Shown: in pieces, positions 9,301 to 18,659 of the stretch | How positions within the stretch are numbered: the stretch's first letter is position 1 | Layout: each line of letters begins with the position of its first letter | DNA from: Patescibacteria group bacterium UBA6241 | Lineage (GTDB): Bacteria > Patescibacteriota > Minisyncoccia > Phycocordibacterales > Phycocordibacteraceae | Assembly (NCBI GenBank): GCA_002441425.1 | Contig: DJWB01000001.1 | Location: 298,712-362,711 of the forward strand | Length of the DNA stretch: 64,000 nt | Direction: 5' to 3' | Made by a program: the position numbers and the translations under genes | Notes under the pieces: model-generated | What the model saw: the letters and a program-made list of their open reading frames with translations, nothing else | Told to the model about the DNA's origin: nothing | The model's database searches: none

Positions 9301-9318
9301 TGGCTGTATGCTTCATGT

Positions 9319-9819
9319 ATGAATACGCTCTCACTCTTCTATCCAGTTGCCCCGCATGTGGTAACCCGCCCATGGGGTGTTGCGGATGAATTGTATAAAG
9401 AGTTCGGCTTTAAGAAGCACAACGGAGTGGACCTCGCACTTGGCGAAGGACAAGAAATAAGAGCTCCGTTTGATTGCACTGTTACCTTAGTTGGAAACCA
9501 GCCAAAGGGATCTGGTCTATTTGTCTGTCTTCTTTCAACAGCTACGTATGACTTCCCAGACGGGGTACGTGCCCGCGTTGAGCTTTCTTGCATGCACCTT
9601 TCCCGCGTATCTGTTACACCTGGCACCAGACTTGGAGTTGGTATGGTGTTTGCATACGGAGGACACACCGGAAGAGCCACTGGCCCTCACGTACATATTG
9701 CACCTAAACGAGTGCGTCGCGGACTTATTGGATATCGTGATATAGATCGCAACGATGCGAACAACACGTTTGATCCTGAGCCGTATTGGAACCAGGAGTA
9801 TGCGAGAACCGCTTCTTAA
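9319..9819 (+). CDS. M23-family metallopeptidase
   Basis: HNGVD and GPHVH zinc-binding motifs. Confidence 0.85.
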   Translation: MNTLSLFYPVAPHVVTRPWGVADELYKEFGFKKHNGVDLALGEGQEIRAPFDCTVTLVGNQPKGSGLFVCLLSTATYDFPDGVRARVELSCMHLSRVSVTPGTRLGVGMVFAYGGHTGRATGPHVHIAPKRVRRGLIGYRDIDRNDANNTFDPEPYWNQEYARTAS

Positions 9820-10229
9820 CGCTTCTTTTTAAGACACGAATCACACTTGCAACCAAGCGGCTTAATGAACTCATCTACGTATTCCTTTCCGTAGTCGTAG
9901 GTTAGCTGCTCTCCAGCCTTAATGGTGCGCAAAGTGAGTACAAATACCCTTCCCTTGTGTATCTCTGTCTCGCAGTTTGGTTTGCAGGCGTGGTTAATGT
10001 ATCCCGCCTTATTGTCTTTCGGCTTTCCGTCTATGGTCTTGTTCTTACTTATCTCAAACAAGTACCTACTCTTGCTCGTGAGTGTCTCCTCTTTGGAGAC
10101 AACTCTTCCCACATACTCAATAACACACGCTCCCTTAGGAATAGACTCGCCGGCAAAAAGCCCTAGACCGGTGCTAGAGCGTTTAACGAGGAGCTTCCAG
10201 TTTCCTGGAACAAACTTCTTATAAGCCAT
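9816..10229 (-). CDS. SET-domain protein (lysine methyltransferase-like) with post-SET cysteines
   Basis: GLGLFA, EYVG, YINHACKPN, GEQLTYDY and CKCDSC. Confidence 0.9.
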   Translation of the reverse strand: MAYKKFVPGNWKLLVKRSSTGLGLFAGESIPKGACVIEYVGRVVSKEETLTSKSRYLFEISKNKTIDGKPKDNKAGYINHACKPNCETEIHKGRVFVLTLRTIKAGEQLTYDYGKEYVDEFIKPLGCKCDSCLKKKR

Positions 10230-10306
10230 ACGTCTCCGTATCGTACTGCATTCCTAACTTCCATCAAGTCGCCTCATTCTGCGGGATATGCAACAATGAG
10301 ATATAT

Positions 10307-11182
10307 ATGGGACGTACGGGCATACTTGTAAGCGCACTTCTGGGCATTCTCGTTCTCGCAGGCGCTATAGGCGGAGCGTATCTATACTCCAGACTCTCTG
10401 CTTCGCTCGCGGACACAGAGACCTCTCTACAGGCCTCTGAGGAGCAGTCTGCGCGCCTTTCAGGAGAGCTCAAAGAAGCTAAAGACTACATTGCACGTCT
10501 TGAGACGGCGCTTTCAAGCGAGCGAAACAAAAACAGTGTGTTTGAGAACCAGATATCTAAAATATCAGGAACTGTTGGAGTTCTAGAGAAGCTCGCAAAG
10601 ACTGATCCTGAACTGCTCGCAAAGTATTCAAAGGTATTCTTCCTGAACGAAAATTACTCTCCTCCTGCCCTCTCTCCAATTCCTGACGAATATCTCTACC
10701 AAAAGGATCGCATTCTAACGCTGCATAAAAGCGTTGAGCCACATCTTGAAGATATGTTGAGTGCGGCAAAGGAAGACGGTATTACTCTACAAATTATTTC
10801 AGCGTACAGATCTTTTGATACACAGGAGGCACTAAAAAATAACTATCGTGTTACGTATGGCTCTGGAGCAAATGCTTTCTCTGCAGACCAAGGGTACTCA
10901 GAGCACCAACTTGGAACTACCGTTGATATAACAACTCCAGAAGTTGGTGCAACATTTTCTGGCTTTGATACTACAGATGCGTACAAGTGGCTTACCGAAA
11001 ACGCCTGGAGATACGGCTTCGTGCTCTCCTATCCTAAGAACAATGCGTACTATCAGTATGAGCCGTGGCACTGGCGCTTTGTTGGAGAGGAACTTGCCCG
11101 CGATCTTCATAGAGAAGAAAAGTACTTCTATGACCTAGACCAGCGAGAGATTGATGAGTATTTGGCTGATATTTTTGATTAA
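10307..11182 (+). CDS. M15B/VanY-like carboxypeptidase with N-terminal TM helix and coiled coil
   Basis: SAYRSFDTQ, SEHQLGTTVD and YEPWHWRFVG. Confidence 0.9.
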   Translation: MGRTGILVSALLGILVLAGAIGGAYLYSRLSASLADTETSLQASEEQSARLSGELKEAKDYIARLETALSSERNKNSVFENQISKISGTVGVLEKLAKTDPELLAKYSKVFFLNENYSPPALSPIPDEYLYQKDRILTLHKSVEPHLEDMLSAAKEDGITLQIISAYRSFDTQEALKNNYRVTYGSGANAFSADQGYSEHQLGTTVDITTPEVGATFSGFDTTDAYKWLTENAWRYGFVLSYPKNNAYYQYEPWHWRFVGEELARDLHREEKYFYDLDQREIDEYLADIFD

Positions 11183-11209
11183 AAGCGTGTTGTTATATAG
11201 TTAGCGTAT

Positions 11210-11539
11210 ATGTTTGAAACACCGCCAAAGGCTGCCAACGATAATGAAGGTCCTGACACAAGATCTCTTATTCAGGAGAAAGAAGGGGGTCTAGACTTAG
11301 CTAAGGAGCGCGCGCTCAGAAGCGTTCTGGACGAGATTGCGCGCTCAGGAAACACAGAATTGCTCAATGACATAACCTTGGCTGAGGCTAGGAAATTGGT
11401 GAGTGGATTTGCTCCCAAGCATGCGATCAATGGAATCAACGTGAGCACAGAGGAAAACTGGCGCAAGATGCCCGCTCTCTATGTCGCCTACCTGGACAAA
11501 GTTGATGAAGAGAGAAATCAAATCACTCCAGGCAACTAA
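11210..11539 (+). CDS. Hypothetical protein, 109 aa
   Basis: ORF with a -10-like TATAGT upstream and a terminator downstream. Confidence 0.65.
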   Translation: MFETPPKAANDNEGPDTRSLIQEKEGGLDLAKERALRSVLDEIARSGNTELLNDITLAEARKLVSGFAPKHAINGINVSTEENWRKMPALYVAYLDKVDEERNQITPGN

Positions 11540-11570
11540 CAAAAGACCCGCTCTCGCGGGTCTTTTGTTA
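11537..11570. terminator. Bidirectional intrinsic terminator
   Basis: TAACAAAAGACCCGC-tctc-GCGGGTCTTTTGTTA between convergent genes. Confidence 0.8.
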
Positions 11571-11577
11571 TCTTCTG

Positions 11578-12825
11578 CTACTTAAGCACGTCCCACATCT
11601 TTGGGTCTGATCCTCCGTCTATCTTAAAGACAGCAACTCCCTTAACACCGAGCTTTCGTGCAAGTGCTACTTTGTCTCCAATAGCAGACGCGTCACTCCA
11701 CCACAGCATTTGCACCGGTGCCTGACGGTTCTTAGACTTCGCGAGAGCTAGTGCCCCAGCTGCTGCGAGGTTCGCAGATGTTGTGCCCCGAGGAGCAAGA
11801 GCTGCAAGCGCAGACTGGCTTGGAAGCAGTGTGGTCTGCTCCTTAGGAACGTACGTGAAGGAGAGCTCCCCTGCACGGTTACGTGTTGGCGTTATGCCGT
11901 ACTGCTTAGCAAGTTCAACTGCATAGGCTGGGTTAAAGGCCTCAAGCTTGTCATACGAATATCCTGAGCCATCTGAATACGGCATGAGCTGATAGATGTA
12001 GCCGTAGGTAGCAACACCGATAACCATCTTCTTCTTATCAATATCCTTAGCCATGTACTCAACTACCCATTCAACCCACTTAGTATCAGCAACAGGTGCA
12101 TAGAATTCCTTTGCACTCCTTGCCTCCTTGTTGAGTCTTATGTCCGCAGTCTGCTGGTCATACGTCATGATACGGACACGGTCGCAATACTTATTAACCT
12201 CTAAAAGATCATTTGCATACTCAATGTTTGGAGGAGGAGTCCCCGCGTAGCGAGACTCAAGTGGCATGCGCGCTTCAATCGTACACATGAGCCACTTGTT
12301 TGCCTTCTTCTTGCTGAGTTCAGCTGAAAGTTCCTTTAGGAACAAGGAGTAGTATGGTCTGGTCTCTGCGAGCTTGCCCTCGTAATCAATATCAACGCCA
12401 TCAAAGCCATTATCCTTGATCATCTTTACGATGCCGGCTACGTGCGCTCTCCGCTTCTTAGGGTCTGAAAGTACTGCATGGATGGAGTTTGTATCGCTCC
12501 ACATAATGGTAGGAACAACGCGTACTTTCTTTTTCTTTGCTTCTTTAAACAGACTCTGCCAATCGCTTCCAGATACCTTCATGGCATCGTTCAACGAGCC
12601 ATCCATCTTAACGGTGTACCCAAATGGGTTAACCTCAGTTAACTGAGAGATGTGTGCCTTCGCATCCTTAGTCCCTGCCTCAGTTCTCCAGTACGGAATC
12701 CAGCCTGAAATCTCAAGCGGTGTTGTAGTTGCCTTCTTTGTTGCTGCAAGCGTTGTTGCAGGAAGCACTGCTCCAGACACAAAAGTGAGAAGAAGTGCTG
12801 CAGTGATAAAAGTTTTTGTGTTCAT
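11578..12825 (-). CDS. Secreted glycoside hydrolase family 18
   Basis: Signal peptide; catalytic FDGVDIDYE (DxDxE); IMTYD. Confidence 0.88.
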   Translation of the reverse strand: MNTKTFITAALLLTFVSGAVLPATTLAATKKATTTPLEISGWIPYWRTEAGTKDAKAHISQLTEVNPFGYTVKMDGSLNDAMKVSGSDWQSLFKEAKKKKVRVVPTIMWSDTNSIHAVLSDPKKRRAHVAGIVKMIKDNGFDGVDIDYEGKLAETRPYYSLFLKELSAELSKKKANKWLMCTIEARMPLESRYAGTPPPNIEYANDLLEVNKYCDRVRIMTYDQQTADIRLNKEARSAKEFYAPVADTKWVEWVVEYMAKDIDKKKMVIGVATYGYIYQLMPYSDGSGYSYDKLEAFNPAYAVELAKQYGITPTRNRAGELSFTYVPKEQTTLLPSQSALAALAPRGTTSANLAAAGALALAKSKNRQAPVQMLWWSDASAIGDKVALARKLGVKGVAVFKIDGGSDPKMWDVLK

Positions 12826-12853
12826 AGGTGTGTAGGTACTATATCAAACGTAC

Positions 12854-12887
12854 GAAGACCCGAGTCCTTACGGATCCTCGGGTCTTC
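12854..12887 (-). terminator. Hairpin downstream of the 3D-domain gene
   Basis: GAAGACCCGAG...CTCGGGTCTTC inverted repeat. Confidence 0.55.
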
Positions 12888-12912
12888 ATGAAAACTGTGG
12901 AGAAACTCTAGT

Positions 12913-13524
12913 CTACTTTAGTGCAAGTGAAGGAGCGCTGAACATTGCTGCTAGCTCTGCCTGAGTTTCAGGAACATCCTTAAGATCAAGGCGTCCTACA
13001 ACAGTTGCGGTTACCTGCCCACATATGCCAAGCGCAATAGCAGGGTTAACATCTCTTCCGTTAACTGCAACGGTATCGTGTGTAGGGAGCAACACATCAA
13101 TCTTATGAGTCCATCGCTGATGCATGGTATCTGCAACAACACGATACCCAATAAGATGTTCAACTTCACTGAATCTACACGAAGGAGTGTCCTTCGTTGA
13201 GCGTTCTAGGAGAATCACTGTACCGAACGGGAGTTCGGCAGCCATGTCGCGTGAACGAGCAACCACCACCTCTGGGTTAGAGGTTAAGCCGCTGGCGGTC
13301 ACGAATGGGTTGGCATCCGTTTGCGCCGGGACGGCATTATAAGCGGTCATACTTACCGTGTAGGTCTGGGCAACCTCCTCAGAGGTTGCCAGGCGTTTAG
13401 AAGGCTCTTCAGCCTCCCCGCTAGCGACTACCGGCGCAGAAATCGTCTCTGCATGTGCCGGCGCGTCAGCGCTACCCGGTAAAAACAAGAAGCCCATAAG
13501 GGCTACTACTGCAATTACTGGCAT
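12913..13524 (-). CDS. 3D-domain (Sps/MltA-like lytic transglycosylase) secreted protein
   Basis: MTAYN...QTD.NPFVTASG, LPFGT, VADTM, IDV; start moved to ATG 13524 because the TTG at 13590 is the -35 box. Confidence 0.8.
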   Translation of the reverse strand: MPVIAVVALMGFLFLPGSADAPAHAETISAPVVASGEAEEPSKRLATSEEVAQTYTVSMTAYNAVPAQTDANPFVTASGLTSNPEVVVARSRDMAAELPFGTVILLERSTKDTPSCRFSEVEHLIGYRVVADTMHQRWTHKIDVLLPTHDTVAVNGRDVNPAIALGICGQVTATVVGRLDLKDVPETQAELAAMFSAPSLALK

Positions 13525-13561
13525 AAATGAAAGCCGACCCGAAGGACGGCCTAACAGGGCC

Positions 13562-13591
13562 ATAGTAGCAGACTTGACATAGCTTGTCAAG
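13562..13591 (-). promoter_or_regulatory. sigma70 promoter with a palindrome over the -35 box
   Basis: Minus strand TTGACA-17-TACTAT with TGn extension; CTTGACA-N5-TGTCAAG inverted repeat at 13573-13591. Confidence 0.65.
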
Positions 13592-13690
13592 AGCTGTGAA
13601 GCAATTTCTTCATATTCGGGTGCCCCTCATTTTAGGAAGTCAAGGGTCTGAAACGCTGGAAATATGGCTTAAATACTGTATAATCAGACC

Positions 13691-13993
13691 ATGAGTAAAG
13701 CTACTAGAAAAGAGCGCGTTCTCTGGTTTAAGGCTAAAAACTACGGATGGGGTTGGTACCCTGTTACCTGGCAGGGATGGCTTATAACAGCCGGATACGC
13801 AGCAGGATTTACAATTACGTCCCTTGTCTTTGGAGCATGGGCTGGAGCCGCCACAGAGGCAGGTGCAGACCTAAGAGAGACCATATTTGGGGTCTTGGAG
13901 TTCGTTGTAGTTATTGGACTCTTGTCCTATTCCCTCTTTAGAGTCTGCTCCCGCTTTGGAGAGAAGCCGGAGTGGCGCTGGGGGAAGAAGTAA
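13691..13993 (+). CDS. Small hypothetical membrane protein
   Basis: WFKAKNYGWGWYPVTWQGW, two TM helices, GEKPEWRWG; TATAAT 6 nt before ATG. Confidence 0.75.
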   Translation: MSKATRKERVLWFKAKNYGWGWYPVTWQGWLITAGYAAGFTITSLVFGAWAGAATEAGADLRETIFGVLEFVVVIGLLSYSLFRVCSRFGEKPEWRWGKK

Positions 13994-14028
13994 AAAACCG
14001 CCCGGGAAGTATCCCGGGCGGTTTTTTA
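13991..14028. terminator. Bidirectional terminator
   Basis: TAAAAAACCGCCCGGGA-agta-TCCCGGGCGGTTTTTTA. Confidence 0.8.
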
Positions 14029-14033
14029 GTACC

Positions 14034-15068
14034 CTACCAACTCAACTGTCCTCCTGTCTTGTACTCCGTAACACGAGTCTCAAAGAAGTTCTTCTCTTTG
14101 TTGAGGTCTACTGCCTCTCCCATCCATGGGAATGGGTTCTCTACGTTGTACTGGGCTGGGAGTCCAACGGTTGCAAGTCTGCGATCTGCGATGTGCTCAA
14201 TGTACTGCTTGAAGCCTGCCGCGTTCATTCCGAAGATTCCCTTCGGGAACACTTCTGTTGCAAAAGTGTACTCAAGCACCACTGCGCGCTTCACAAGGTC
14301 TACAATACGCTGCTGGAACTCAGGGGTCCACAACTCAGGCTGCTCCTGCTTGATGGCATTAATCATGTTAATACCAAAGTTAAGGTGCTGGCTCTCGTCT
14401 CGCATGATGTACTGAATCTGTTCAGCTGAACCGGTGAGCTTGTTCTGGCGCTGGAAGCCGAACATAACTGCAAAGGAGCTATAGAAGAAGATTCCTTCAA
14501 GGATGAGTGAGAACACACAGAGATTCTCCAAGAAGAGTTGATCGTTCTCAAACGTTCCGGTCTTGAAGTTAGGATCAAAGATTCCTTCGTTGAGATTCAG
14601 AACAAGGTTGTCCTTGTTGTAGATAGACTCAACCTCGCGATACATGTTGAAGATCTTGCTCTCATCCATACCGAGAGACTCAACGATGTACTGGTACGCA
14701 TGCGTGTGAATAGCCTCCTCATATCCTTGGCGAAGCAAGTACATACGGCACTCAGGACTCGTGATGTGCTTATACAGTGCGAGCACTACGTTGTTTGCAG
14801 CAATAGAGTCTGCAGTTGTGAAGAATCCAAGCACCGTCTCAAATGCTTTGCGCTCGTCAGCAGTAAGAGCGGTAGTGCTCTTCCACTGCTCAATATCGCG
14901 CTGCATAGATATCTCTGTCGGAAGCCAGTGATTGCTGTTCCCCACCATATACGCATCCCATGCAAAGGTATGACGCATCGGATAGAGCTGCATCACATCA
15001 GCATCTCCTCCGTTAATAATCTTGCGGTTATTAATGTCTACTGGTGCGGCACCTCGGTTGATTGGCAT
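14034..15068 (-). CDS. nrdB: Class Ia ribonucleotide reductase beta subunit
   Basis: FFTTADS, EEAIHTHAY (radical Tyr present), EGIFFY, DESQH, NFFETRVTEY. Confidence 0.95.
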   Translation of the reverse strand: MPINRGAAPVDINNRKIINGGDADVMQLYPMRHTFAWDAYMVGNSNHWLPTEISMQRDIEQWKSTTALTADERKAFETVLGFFTTADSIAANNVVLALYKHITSPECRMYLLRQGYEEAIHTHAYQYIVESLGMDESKIFNMYREVESIYNKDNLVLNLNEGIFDPNFKTGTFENDQLFLENLCVFSLILEGIFFYSSFAVMFGFQRQNKLTGSAEQIQYIMRDESQHLNFGINMINAIKQEQPELWTPEFQQRIVDLVKRAVVLEYTFATEVFPKGIFGMNAAGFKQYIEHIADRRLATVGLPAQYNVENPFPWMGEAVDLNKEKNFFETRVTEYKTGGQLSW

Positions 15069-15112
15069 AGGATGATATAGGTTAGTTCCTCTAATTCGGA
15101 CAAAGCCGGTAA

Positions 15113-17971
15113 CTAGCTCTCACAAGATTCGCACACTCCCGCTTCTTCTCCTGCAGCAACACGAGCCATCTTTGCCTGCCACTCTTCCGGAGTAAATCCA
15201 GATGGCACACTTGGCTCAGCGATTACCTCTGCTACTTCAACTGCTACAGCCTGAGCAGTTACAACGCCTGCTTTGCGATTGTGGGTTGATCCATATTCCG
15301 CTGTTGATACGGTTGCCTTCTCTACCTGAGACGCTCCAAGCGTACGGAGGTAATAGGTGGTCTTAAGACCCATTTCCCACGCAAGGAAATAAATATCTGA
15401 GAGATCACGTCCAGACGTACCGTTGTAGAAGATATTGAGTGACTGAGACTGGTCAATCCACTTTCCACGACGGGCAGCTGCTTCAACAAGCCACTTGCCA
15501 TCAATTTCAAACACTTCCTTGTACTTCTCCTTAAGTGCAAGCGGCACTTCATCAATGTCCTGAATGCTTCCGTCTGCATACTTAATGCGGTTCAACATGC
15601 CAGCACTCCAAAGTCCTGCCTTCTTAAGATCTTCAACAAGATACTTATTCACCACCACAAACTCTCCTTCCTTATTACTCTTTACGTAGATGTTCTTGTA
15701 GATAGGTTCTACACAAGGAATACATCCTACGAGATTTGCAGTTGAAGCAGTTGGCGCAATAGCCATGGTGTTTGAGTTGCGCATACCGTGCTCTTTCACG
15801 TGCTCGCGTACTGGAGCCCAATCAAGCTTGCCTCCTCGCTTCACCTTAATCTCCTCTCCGCGCTCCTTCTCCAAAAGATCAACGGTGTCCTGCGGCAAGA
15901 TACCGCGATCCCACTTAGATCCTTTGTATGAGGAGTACGTGCCACGCTCCTTCGCAAGTTCTGAAGAACCGAGGATTGCGTAGTACGCAACAACTTCCAT
16001 ACTCTCATCCGCAAAGCCAAGCGCCTCCGGAGAATCAAACTGAATGTTCAACATGTAGAGTGCGTCATGGTATCCGCGCACTCCAAGTCCAACTGGGCGG
16101 TGCCGTGTGTTTCCGTTGTAGGAATCAACCGTTGGGTAGAAGTTGAGATCAATAACGTTGTCTAGCATGCGGATTGCAGTGCGGGTCACGCTTGCAACGA
16201 GCTCATGATCAAAACGAAGTGTTCCGTTCTCGTCAGGAGTTACGAACTTCGCAAAGTTGAGGGACCCGAGCGTACATACTGCAGTCTCATCATCTGAAGT
16301 GTTGAGTGTGATCTCGGTGCAGAGGTTTGAGTTATGCACCACTCCCGCATGATCCTGAGGAGAGCGAACGTTTGAAGGATCCTTCCACGTAATCCATGGG
16401 TGTCCGGTCTCAAAGAGCATACCGATCATCTTCTTCCAAAGATCAGCAGCTGAAACACGTTTAAAGAGTTCAATCTCTCCGTTATCAACTTTCGCCTCGT
16501 ACTCAATGTAGGCTTTCTCAAATGCAGCACCATAGGTCTCATGGAGATCAGGCACATCGTTTGGAGAGAAGAGTGTCCACTGCCCTCCGTCACGCACACG
16601 CTTCATGAACAAGTCTGGAATCCAGTTCGCAGTGTTAATGTCATGCGTACGGCGTCGCTCGTCTCCGGTGTTCTTACGGAGCTCTAAGAAGTCCTCTACG
16701 TCTAGGTGCCAGGTCTCAAGGTACACACATCCTGCACCACGGCGCTTACCTGAGCGGTTAATAGCAATATTTACATCGTTTGCAATCTTAAGGAATGGCA
16801 CGATTCCCTGAGATCCAACTCCTGTTCCCTTAATAAAAGAACCGGTTGCGCGAACCTTCGTCCAGTCTGTTCCAGTTCCTCCAGACCACTTCAGATACTG
16901 TGCGTTGTCTGCAATTGACTTAAAGATTCCGTCCAATGAATCAGGCACGCTATTGAGGAAACAGTTACTCATCTGAGCCTTCTTGAATCCAGACTGGAAG
17001 AGCGTGCGACCTCCTGGTGTGTAATAGAAATTTGAAAGCACATCATAGAACTCAAGCGCTACACGCTCACGATCTTCTGGCTTTTCAGCAATAGCGAGAC
17101 CCATAGCGATGCGCATCCAGAGCATCTGTGGAGTTTCAAGCTGCTTCTTTGTCTTTGGATCTTCCATGCAGTACCGGCTGGACATGATTTCCAGACCCAT
17201 GTACTCAAACAAATAATCATTCTCCACCTTCATAGCGCGAGCCATCTTTGCAAGATCAAACTCTCCCATGCGCTCATCCAGGTCTCCGCGAGAAACAAGA
17301 TCATTCATGTTACGAACGAATACTCTCTCATGAGCCGCTAGTGGATCCTTGCTATCAAACTCAGGACCAAAGACTTCTGCGTACATGCGGTTGAGCAAGA
17401 GTCTTGCTGCGAGCTTTGAGTATGCAGGATCGCGCTCAATCATAGAGCGCACTACCATGATGAGTGCCTTGCCAACTTCAGCAGTAGTCATGCCCTCATA
17501 CAACTCGTACTTGAGCTGACTCATGATGGCATCAATATCAAAGGTCACTCCCCCTTCTGCAAAATGCGCCAACGTCTGGCGCAATTTAGTTTCATTAAAC
17601 CGCTCCTGCTTTCCTGAAGCAGTAGTAATAAGAAGTCCCTGCTCCTCAATCTTCTCAAGAGTCTCTTGCTTCTTTTCTTCGCGAATCTTTGTGTGCTCGT
17701 AGCGATACACAATGTAGTGCTTGGCTACGGTCATATGCCCTGCCTCCATGAGGGCGAGCTCTACCAGGTCTTGAACATTTTCAACGGAAGGAGTGTGATC
17801 GTCAGAATATTTCTGAGAGAGATCCTCTAGAACTCCGGTAGTAAGTGCGGCAAGCGCATCTTCCTCTATTGGAGTATCGCAACTTGCGAATGCTTTACGT
17901 AATGCGTCAGTAATCTTTACGTCTTCAAACTCAACAATGCTCCCGTTCCGCTTTTTGACCTGTTTCATCAT
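15113..17971 (-). CDS. nrdA: Class Ia ribonucleotide reductase alpha subunit with two N-terminal ATP cones
   Basis: VKKRNG cone plus a second cone; SNCF, SNLCTEI, VCTLGS, KTTYYLRT, C-terminal CESC. Confidence 0.95.
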   Translation of the reverse strand: MMKQVKKRNGSIVEFEDVKITDALRKAFASCDTPIEEDALAALTTGVLEDLSQKYSDDHTPSVENVQDLVELALMEAGHMTVAKHYIVYRYEHTKIREEKKQETLEKIEEQGLLITTASGKQERFNETKLRQTLAHFAEGGVTFDIDAIMSQLKYELYEGMTTAEVGKALIMVVRSMIERDPAYSKLAARLLLNRMYAEVFGPEFDSKDPLAAHERVFVRNMNDLVSRGDLDERMGEFDLAKMARAMKVENDYLFEYMGLEIMSSRYCMEDPKTKKQLETPQMLWMRIAMGLAIAEKPEDRERVALEFYDVLSNFYYTPGGRTLFQSGFKKAQMSNCFLNSVPDSLDGIFKSIADNAQYLKWSGGTGTDWTKVRATGSFIKGTGVGSQGIVPFLKIANDVNIAINRSGKRRGAGCVYLETWHLDVEDFLELRKNTGDERRRTHDINTANWIPDLFMKRVRDGGQWTLFSPNDVPDLHETYGAAFEKAYIEYEAKVDNGEIELFKRVSAADLWKKMIGMLFETGHPWITWKDPSNVRSPQDHAGVVHNSNLCTEITLNTSDDETAVCTLGSLNFAKFVTPDENGTLRFDHELVASVTRTAIRMLDNVIDLNFYPTVDSYNGNTRHRPVGLGVRGYHDALYMLNIQFDSPEALGFADESMEVVAYYAILGSSELAKERGTYSSYKGSKWDRGILPQDTVDLLEKERGEEIKVKRGGKLDWAPVREHVKEHGMRNSNTMAIAPTASTANLVGCIPCVEPIYKNIYVKSNKEGEFVVVNKYLVEDLKKAGLWSAGMLNRIKYADGSIQDIDEVPLALKEKYKEVFEIDGKWLVEAAARRGKWIDQSQSLNIFYNGTSGRDLSDIYFLAWEMGLKTTYYLRTLGASQVEKATVSTAEYGSTHNRKAGVVTAQAVAVEVAEVIAEPSVPSGFTPEEWQAKMARVAAGEEAGVCESCES

Positions 17972-18106
17972 AGGTAATCCCGTAGGTTACTCCGCACAGT
18001 AATAATCAGCCTTGGCGTGACGCCAGCAGGGATTTCGCTCCACTAGAGAACGCACCGTAGTGCATTTGTCCTCTCTGCATTCGGCTGTCTTTGCCTATGA
18101 ATAGTA
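17972..18106 (-). promoter_or_regulatory. Structured 5' leader and promoter of nrdAB
   Basis: TACTAT at 18106-18101; two cUACGg-capped hairpins and further helices before the ATG. Confidence 0.45.
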
Positions 18107-18209
18107 CCTCTCTTCATCTAATTTTGCGTGTGGACAAAGGAGCAGAAAACGTTCTGAAATACTTTCAACCCCGCGCCCGTACGAGCCTGTACCTACAGGC
18201 TAAAAATAG

Positions 18210-18569
18210 CTACCGATATCCATTTTTATACTGGTCCCAGAACCCCCACACAGAAAGAAAGAGCATGAAGAAAAATAGGAGGAGCAAAAGCCATTCTGGG
18301 AGCGATTGTCCACGGAAAAAGTATAGATAGAGAGCACCTCCAGCACCCAGAGCGCCCAATACAATGTCTGTAGCTACGTTATATGGTGTTTCTAAAATAC
18401 CTAATAGCCATTCATATATTTCCCACAGGATCAGTGCGGCGAGCGTGCAAAGCATAGTTAGCAACACCGAGAATCCAATCGTATAAAAAAGAAGTGCGAT
18501 AAAAAATCCTGAAAGGAAGTGCACTACAGACCACGCGTCCACCCACCTACCATGTTTCCAAATATCCAT
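18210..18569 (-). CDS. Hypothetical membrane protein
   Basis: WSVVHFLSG, LWEIYE, NVATDI with 3-4 TM helices. Confidence 0.75.
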   Translation of the reverse strand: MDIWKHGRWVDAWSVVHFLSGFFIALLFYTIGFSVLLTMLCTLAALILWEIYEWLLGILETPYNVATDIVLGALGAGGALYLYFFRGQSLPEWLLLLLFFFMLFLSVWGFWDQYKNGYR

Positions 18570-18592
18570 GCGTATACCATACCAGAACCTCC

Positions 18593-18626
18593 TTCATGAA
18601 GGCTTCATGCATAATGGTATATAAGT
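18593..18626 (+). promoter_or_regulatory. Candidate autoregulatory OmpR-family box of the two-component operon
   Basis: TTCATGAAGGC-TTCATG at 18593/18604 (11-bp period); TATAAG at 18620. Confidence 0.5.
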
Positions 18627-18659
18627 AAGTACATAGTTTTATCCCTAAATCACTCACCT

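Noticed and set aside
13525-13590. N-terminal extension of the 3D-domain ORF from TTG 13590
   Set aside because: That TTG is the -35 TTGACA of a consensus promoter; the signal-like peptide starts at ATG 13524.
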